Shown: one piece after another, positions 58,489-64,000 of the stretch | Numbering within the stretch: the stretch's first letter is position 1 | Layout: every line of letters begins with the position of its first letter | Assembly: GCA_038227875.1 (NCBI GenBank) | Contig: JBBRPR010000008.1 | Span: 128,001-192,000 of the forward strand | Length of the DNA: 64,000 nt | Direction of reading: 5' to 3' | DNA from: Planctomycetota bacterium | GTDB taxonomy: Bacteria > Planctomycetota > SZUA-567 > H5-PLA8 | Notes under the pieces: generated by a model | Told to the model about the DNA's origin: nothing | The model's database searches: none | What the model saw: only the letters and a program-made list of their open reading frames with translations | Made by a program: the position numbers and the translations under genes

Positions 58489-60513
58489 ATGTCGCGAACG
58501 ACCACGATTCTTCCGCAGATGCCCTCGCCGCTCTATCTGCTCGAGCAGATGGTGACGATCCGCATGTTTGAGACGGTGATGGAAGAGGAGTCGAAGGCCG
58601 GCCGGCTGCCGGGCACGTTTCACAGTTCCGCTGGCCAGGAAGCCGTCGCCGTCGGCGCGTGCGCCAGCCTCACGCATGACGATCTGATCATCAGCAACCA
58701 CCGCGGCCACGGCCACTTCATCGCCAAGGGCGGCGATCTGGTCAAAATCATGGCTGAACTTTTCGGCCGGGAATACGGCTACAGCGGCGGCAAAGGCGGC
58801 ACGCAGCACATGGCCGGCGTCGAAGTCGGCTTCATGGGTTCCAACGGAATCACCGGCGGCGGACTGCCGATCGCGGCGGGGCTTGGCCTGGCGTTGCTGC
58901 GCCGCGAGAAGCCGAACGTGGCCGTCAGTTTCTTTGGCGACGGCGCGGCCAATCAGGGCAGTTTCCACGAAAGCCTGAACATGGCGGCGATCTGGAAGCT
59001 TCCGGTCATCTTTATCTGCGAGAACAACGGCTGGGCGATGTCCACGCCGATGCGCGACGTCACCTCCGGACCCAGCGTCGCCCACCGCGGCGAAGCGTAC
59101 GGGATGCTCTACAAGACCATCGACGGCAACGACGTCGAGGCGGTTCTCGACCACATGCGTGGCGCCCTGACCATGGTCATGCACGGCGAAGCGCCCACGC
59201 TGCTGGAATGCCGGACGTGGCGCATGAAAGGCCACAGCCGCAGCGACCAGAATCTCTACCGCGATAAAGAGATCGAAGCCGAATGGCAGAAGCGCGATCC
59301 GATCACGCGCTTCAAGCAGAAGCTCCTCGACAAGAGAAAAGCCACGCCCGCGGACTTCGAACGCCTGGACGCACGCGTAAAGAAGAAGATCGACGACGCA
59401 TTGCAGAAGTGCCGCGAACTTCCGCCCGCGCGCCCCGAGACCGCGTTTGAAAAGGTGTACGTGGATGTGCTGGCGCTGCCGGGCAACTCGACCTCGCGGC
59501 GACTGGCGATCATCCCCGCCGAACCGGAATTCGAAACCAAGGCGTACTGGCAGGCGATCCAGGAAGCGATGTGCGAAGCGATGGACCGCGACAGCCGCTA
59601 CTTCGTCTTCGGCGAAGATGTCGCGGAATATGGCGGCTGCTTCAAAGTCACGCGCGGCATGTGGGAGCGCTACGGCAAGGATCGTGTGGTCAATACGCCG
59701 ATCAGTGAGGAAGCGATCGTCGGCATGTGTATTGGCGCGGCGATGGGCGGACTGCGGCCGATCGGCGAAATCATGTTCATGGATTTCATCCTGCTGGCCT
59801 TGGATCAGCTCGCCAATCACGCCGCCAAGTTTCACTACATCTATAATGGGCAGATCAAAGTCCCGTTCGTCCTGCGCACACCGATGGGCGGCTACCGCGG
59901 CTACGGCGCGACGCACAGCCAGTGCCTCGACACGCTGCTGATGAAAATCCCTGGCCTGCGCGTGGTCACGCCATGGAGCCCGCGCGACGCCAAGGGACTT
60001 TTGAAAACGTGCCTCGTCGGCGAAGACCCGGTGGTCTTCATCGAACACAAGGCGCTTTATGGCACCACCGGCCCCGTGCCGAAAAACGAGGAAGCGATTC
60101 CGCTGGGCAAAGCCAACATTGTCCGCCCCGGCAAGGACATCACGATCTGCGCCAATTCGTACATGGTCTCGCTCTCGTTACAGGCCGCCGAGCTGCTTTC
60201 GAAGGAAGGCATCGAAGCCGAAGTGATTGACTTGCGCTGCCTCGCGCCGCTGGATCGCGAAACCGTCGCGCAGTCTGCCGCGCGGACGCAGGCATTGGTG
60301 ATCGTGGAAGAAGGCCACCTGACCGGCGGACTCGGTGCGGAAATCGCCGCGAGCATCCAGGAAATGGCGTTCGGCTACCTCGACGCTCCCATTTTGCGCG
60401 TTGCCACGCCCGACGTACCGATCCCCAGTTCCATGGAACTGGAGCGCGCGCTATTGCCGAACGTCGAGAAAATCGTGAACTCCGTCAAGCAGGCACTGAA
60501 AGCGCGCGGGTAG
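58489..60513 (+). CDS. 2-oxoacid (pyruvate/acetoin/branched-chain) dehydrogenase E1, fused alpha+beta subunits
   Basis: AGGAG RBS before ATG 58489; GQEA, HRGHGH, GDGA..QGSFHESLN TPP motif; beta GEDV, TPISE, HSQ, EVIDLR. Confidence 0.9.
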   Translation: MSRTTTILPQMPSPLYLLEQMVTIRMFETVMEEESKAGRLPGTFHSSAGQEAVAVGACASLTHDDLIISNHRGHGHFIAKGGDLVKIMAELFGREYGYSGGKGGTQHMAGVEVGFMGSNGITGGGLPIAAGLGLALLRREKPNVAVSFFGDGAANQGSFHESLNMAAIWKLPVIFICENNGWAMSTPMRDVTSGPSVAHRGEAYGMLYKTIDGNDVEAVLDHMRGALTMVMHGEAPTLLECRTWRMKGHSRSDQNLYRDKEIEAEWQKRDPITRFKQKLLDKRKATPADFERLDARVKKKIDDALQKCRELPPARPETAFEKVYVDVLALPGNSTSRRLAIIPAEPEFETKAYWQAIQEAMCEAMDRDSRYFVFGEDVAEYGGCFKVTRGMWERYGKDRVVNTPISEEAIVGMCIGAAMGGLRPIGEIMFMDFILLALDQLANHAAKFHYIYNGQIKVPFVLRTPMGGYRGYGATHSQCLDTLLMKIPGLRVVTPWSPRDAKGLLKTCLVGEDPVVFIEHKALYGTTGPVPKNEEAIPLGKANIVRPGKDITICANSYMVSLSLQAAELLSKEGIEAEVIDLRCLAPLDRETVAQSAARTQALVIVEEGHLTGGLGAEIAASIQEMAFGYLDAPILRVATPDVPIPSSMELERALLPNVEKIVNSVKQALKARG

Positions 60514-60514
60514 T

Positions 60515-60542
60515 TTCCCTCTCCCTCAAGGGGGGAGGGGAA
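60515..60542. repeat. CCCTCTCCC/GGGAG-type hairpin after the E1 stop
   Basis: TTCCCTCTCCCT-CAAG-GGGGGAGGGGAA; a related purine-rich remnant lies at 9238-9268. Confidence 0.5.
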
Positions 60543-60583
60543 TGCGTTTGAAAACTGTCCGCGCGAAGTATGCTTAAGAGTTC

Positions 60584-61021
60584 ATGGACACCGAAGGCAA
60601 CGAGATTCTCTCCGAAGTCCGCTACGGCGAGACCGACCAGATGGGCTATGCGCACCACGCCAACGCGGTGCTCTGGTTCGAAATGGGGCGCGTCGCCTGG
60701 CTGCGTCAGCGCGGACTCTCCTACCGCGAATTGGAATCCAACGGCATCCTGCTGCCGGTTGTCGGCATGAACATGCGCTACCACGCGCCGGGACGGTTTG
60801 AAGATCCGCTCGCGATCCAGACACGCCTGATCGAACTGGGCAAGACGCGCGTCACCTTCGAAAATCGCGTCCTGCGCGTCGAAGCATCGACGGAGCGCAC
60901 CCTGCTGGTGGCCGGCACCGTGGAACTGGCCTGCGTCGACCGCTCGGGCAAGATCCGCCGCGTTCCCGAAGCGTTTCAGCGCATCTGGGAAGAGATTCAG
61001 AAGCGCGCCACATCCACATGA
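60584..61021 (+). CDS. Acyl-CoA thioesterase (YbgC/4HBT hot-dog family)
   Basis: VRYGETDQMG..HH.N...WFEMGR motif. Confidence 0.88.
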   Translation: MDTEGNEILSEVRYGETDQMGYAHHANAVLWFEMGRVAWLRQRGLSYRELESNGILLPVVGMNMRYHAPGRFEDPLAIQTRLIELGKTRVTFENRVLRVEASTERTLLVAGTVELACVDRSGKIRRVPEAFQRIWEEIQKRATST

Positions 61022-62049
61022 AGCCCAACGATTCGCCGCTGCCACCGCTGCTGCGCTGGACCGGGCCGGTGCTGGCGGCGGCCTATGGACTGGGCGTGCG
61101 CGTCCATCGCGCCAGCAGTTCGCCGCAGCCTTCACCGCTGGCGACGCTCTGCGTGGGAAATCTCACGGCCGGCGGCACAGGAAAAACGCCGGCGTCGGCC
61201 TATTTCGCGCGAGGACTGGCGCAGCGCGGCCGGCGACCGGCAGTGCTGATGCGCGGCTACAAGGACCAGGGCCGAGACGAGGCAGCGGAGCTGAACGCAG
61301 CGCTGGCTGATTTGAATCTGCCCAGCGCCGTCATCGTCAATTCCGACCGGCTCAGCGGCGCGCGCGCGGCGCATGAAAAAGGCTGCGACACCGTGGTCCT
61401 CGACGACGGCTTCCAGCACTGGCGGCTGCAGCGCGACCTCGACCTTGTACTGATCGACGCCACCGATCCCTTCAGCGGCAAGCGCCTGCTGCCCTATGGC
61501 AAACTGCGCGAACATCCAGCCGGTCTTTCGCGCGCTGGTGTGATCGTGATCACGCGGTCGGACTGCATCTCTGGACAAGTGTTGCAGAACTTGAAGCAGG
61601 AACTCACCGGCCTCGCGCCCAGCGCGGTCCTGGCCACGGCGTGCCATCGGCCGAGCGGGCTTCGAGCGCTCGGCACGTGTCCGGCTCCGGCGACGCTGAG
61701 CGGAACGAAAGTCGTCGCGGCCTGCGGCATCGGCAATCCCGAAGCATTCCGGCAGACGCTGATTCAGCAGGGAACGGCGCTGCTCGACTTTGCAGCCTTC
61801 CCCGATCACCACGGCTACTCGCAGGGCGATCTGGATGGCGTCGTGACGACAGCGCGAAGCCTCGGCGCATTGGGCATCGTCGTGACGGAGAAGGACGCCG
61901 CCAAGATTTCCGCGCTGAAACTGCCTGCGGAACTGCCCGTGCTGGCGCTGGCGGTGAAATTTGAGATGACCGCAGGCGAGGCTGCTGTGTGGAAGCGTAT
62001 AGATGAAGCCCTCAACGCTGCCGCTGCCCGACTCCGATTACGGACGTGA
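61018..62049 (+). CDS. lpxK: Tetraacyldisaccharide 4'-kinase
   Basis: VGNLTAGGTGKTP, RGY, LDDGFQH, LLPYG.LRE, GIGNP, FPDHH, TEKD. Confidence 0.93.
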   Translation: MKPNDSPLPPLLRWTGPVLAAAYGLGVRVHRASSSPQPSPLATLCVGNLTAGGTGKTPASAYFARGLAQRGRRPAVLMRGYKDQGRDEAAELNAALADLNLPSAVIVNSDRLSGARAAHEKGCDTVVLDDGFQHWRLQRDLDLVLIDATDPFSGKRLLPYGKLREHPAGLSRAGVIVITRSDCISGQVLQNLKQELTGLAPSAVLATACHRPSGLRALGTCPAPATLSGTKVVAACGIGNPEAFRQTLIQQGTALLDFAAFPDHHGYSQGDLDGVVTTARSLGALGIVVTEKDAAKISALKLPAELPVLALAVKFEMTAGEAAVWKRIDEALNAAAARLRLRT

Positions 62050-62119
62050 CAATCCCTTGTCCGTGCGTCGCACTTCACTTAAGCTGCTGCCGGCAAACAC
62101 GAACCACGGAAAGAGGCCG

Positions 62120-64000
62120 ATGGGCAGCCGTCACTCCCAAGCAATCGCAAGCGTCGCACTTCTCACAGTGGCGGTCTATCTTCTTCCCGGCTTTCCGGCG
62201 TTCGCCGCTCAGCCCGATGCACCCACGCAGCCTAAAGCTCTTCAGGAATGGAGCGACCCGGCGTATTCCGAGCGCTACTACCTGAAAGTCGAACCGCCGG
62301 GCGAAGCGGGCAACGTCAACATCCATCGCGACGCCTTCACGGCGGTAATTGTGCTTCCGCTGAGTTCCTCCAAAGGCCCCGACGGCACCTCTGTTCCCGA
62401 CCACATACTATTAATGGGTGAGGACGGGCATCCGCAGTCGGTGCTGGTCCGACCGGCGGCGTCCGGACTGGGCATGGAAGTGCTCTTTCGATCGCAGCCG
62501 GGCTTGCGCCGCTTCTGTCTCTACGCGGGCGATTCCGGAAAAGCGCAGCGCAGCAGCCCGACGGATTTCTGGCCGACGGAAACCAGCGTCGAACTGCAGG
62601 CGCGCACGGCCCCCGCGGATTTCATCGCCACGCCCAACAATCCCCTGACGCTCACTCGCTTTCTCAAGATGGAAGAGACGGTCGGCGACCTGCTCGGCGG
62701 CAAGCAGGTGGTGACGATCAATCAGCGCGAAAATCCATTCATCGAAGTCTACGTCGATGCTCTGGGCCATGTTCAGCGCGTCCAGAATCCGCCGCGCTAC
62801 GCGGCGCTCTACGAAGCATTTCTGCGCGCGCCGGTCGCCGGAAAGTACGTTTTTTCGGTCGATACGCCCGGCGCGGCGCAGTTGCAGATCGACGGACTTT
62901 CTGTGCTCTCGCTCGACGCGCCAGACGCGGCGCGCGTTCCGTTCGCTGAAAAGAAATCCGTCGACCTCACTGCCGGTCTGCATCGCGTCGTGCTCCATTA
63001 TGCGGAAGCGAACGCGAACGGCCGGACCAACGCGGAGCAGGCGACGTTCGGCGTGAGACTGCACTGGCAGCCGCCGTGGGCCAAGTCGCTGATGTGCATC
63101 CCGCCGCAGGCATTTCCGAAAGCGATGCCGGCGGTGGTCACGCGCCACGAGATTTCCGGCGGCAATGCCGCGCCGTACCTCCATCTGGAATTGCTCGGTC
63201 AGGTGCGCTGTGCCTCGCATCTCGGGCCGCGCGGCGTACAGGACCGCGCGCTGCTCTGCGCGCGCATGATCGATGGCGACGGTGCGTTCGCGATCCAGGC
63301 GGCGAATGCCGAGATCGCGTCGGAAACGATCAGCAACGTCGCATTCGCGTGGGTGCCGGTCGGAGCGGACGTGACCGTCGGCGGGAAGTCGGCCGGCCAG
63401 CAGCCCGCGCCTTGGACGCGGACTCTAAAGTTCGCGCCGCCGGAGGCTGCCGACGTTCTGGATGTGCAGGGCGAGATCGAAATCAAATCCGCTCCGGATT
63501 TTCTTTACGTCGACGATGTCAATCACGACCGCGATGAGACGGCGCATTTCCATATTCAATCCGCGCTGAGCCCTCCGCCGGAAATTGTGCCGAAGGAGCG
63601 CATCGAATCGAAGTTGCTCCCGCCGGCGGCGCGGCCGATGGGTGAATTTTCACTGCGCTGGCAGTTTGCATGTGACGGCGATGCCGCTGCGCTCAAGCAT
63701 CCGGCCGACGATGTCGTCGAAGCGACGCCGTTCGAGAACGGGCGGCGCCGCCAGCGCGCGTCGTTCAAGGCGGCGGCGCTGGAAGAGCTGGCGAAGAGCG
63801 GCCAGTGGAAGCTGGTCTTCACACTCTCGATCGGCGGTGTGGATTGTGAATCGATTGTCGTGCGTCTGCTCCACGCGGAAAAGCCGTGGCCGGGGAAAGT
63901 CATTGCCGGGCCGGGAGAGCTGTTCTTCGAGTCTGCCAAACCCGCGCCAGCACTGCAGACGGTGTTCCCGCCAGAGGCCGATGGCAGCGCGTCGTTCTGG
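62120..64000 (+). CDS. Large secreted protein with PA14-like domain (3' end outside window)
   Basis: GAGG RBS; MGSRHSQAIASVALLTVAVYLLPGFPAFA signal peptide; YEAFLRAPVAGKYVF...LQIDG...VDLTAGLHRVVLHY...LHWQPP; open to the edge and absent from the ORF track. Confidence 0.8.
   Translation, partial: MGSRHSQAIASVALLTVAVYLLPGFPAFAAQPDAPTQPKALQEWSDPAYSERYYLKVEPPGEAGNVNIHRDAFTAVIVLPLSSSKGPDGTSVPDHILLMGEDGHPQSVLVRPAASGLGMEVLFRSQPGLRRFCLYAGDSGKAQRSSPTDFWPTETSVELQARTAPADFIATPNNPLTLTRFLKMEETVGDLLGGKQVVTINQRENPFIEVYVDALGHVQRVQNPPRYAALYEAFLRAPVAGKYVFSVDTPGAAQLQIDGLSVLSLDAPDAARVPFAEKKSVDLTAGLHRVVLHYAEANANGRTNAEQATFGVRLHWQPPWAKSLMCIPPQAFPKAMPAVVTRHEISGGNAAPYLHLELLGQVRCASHLGPRGVQDRALLCARMIDGDGAFAIQAANAEIASETISNVAFAWVPVGADVTVGGKSAGQQPAPWTRTLKFAPPEAADVLDVQGEIEIKSAPDFLYVDDVNHDRDETAHFHIQSALSPPPEIVPKERIESKLLPPAARPMGEFSLRWQFACDGDAAALKHPADDVVEATPFENGRRRQRASFKAAALEELAKSGQWKLVFTLSIGGVDCESIVVRLLHAEKPWPGKVIAGPGELFFESAKPAPALQTVFPPEADGSASFW

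Noticed and set aside
1..64000. rRNA, tRNA, transposase, integrase, prophage or defence genes
   Set aside because: No recognisable motifs found by eye; covariance-model and HMM searches were not run, so small or divergent elements could be missed

Overview
High-GC bacterial chromosomal window. The PQQ-propeller/TPR/HEAT/PKD-rich secreted proteins together with lipid A genes suggest a Planctomycetota-like organism; this is an inference, not tested. About 45 CDS can be supported. Two large ones are missing from the ORF track because they run off the window edges: a >2000-aa minus-strand TPR/PQQ-propeller protein at <1-6207 and a PA14-domain protein at 62120->64000. Housekeeping genes: korAB, prfB with its +1 programmed frameshift, mnmE-like, coaX, asnB, rlmI-like, hslVU, a fused E1 alpha/beta, lpxK and an lpxL-family acyltransferase. 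These are mixed with glycan-active enzymes (GH5-like, GH123-like, DUF4832, PL11-like) and three peptidases (matrixin, C10, C1). I found no rRNA, tRNA, CRISPR array, cas gene, transposase or integrase. Most interesting unexplained signals: (1) several different heptamer tandem-repeat families, mostly at gene 3' ends, often as inverted arms around a unique spacer; (2) a shared post-PKD C-terminal domain on two unrelated secreted proteases, a candidate lineage-specific sorting signal; (3) an orphan promoter/boxA-like/repeat/hairpin unit that may encode an ncRNA; (4) a matrixin with an internal membrane anchor followed by a second signal peptide; (5) an AccA-like helical insertion in the rRNA methyltransferase; (6) a stand-alone Thr-rich lipopeptide. 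All family assignments are by eye from motifs; no database searches were run.
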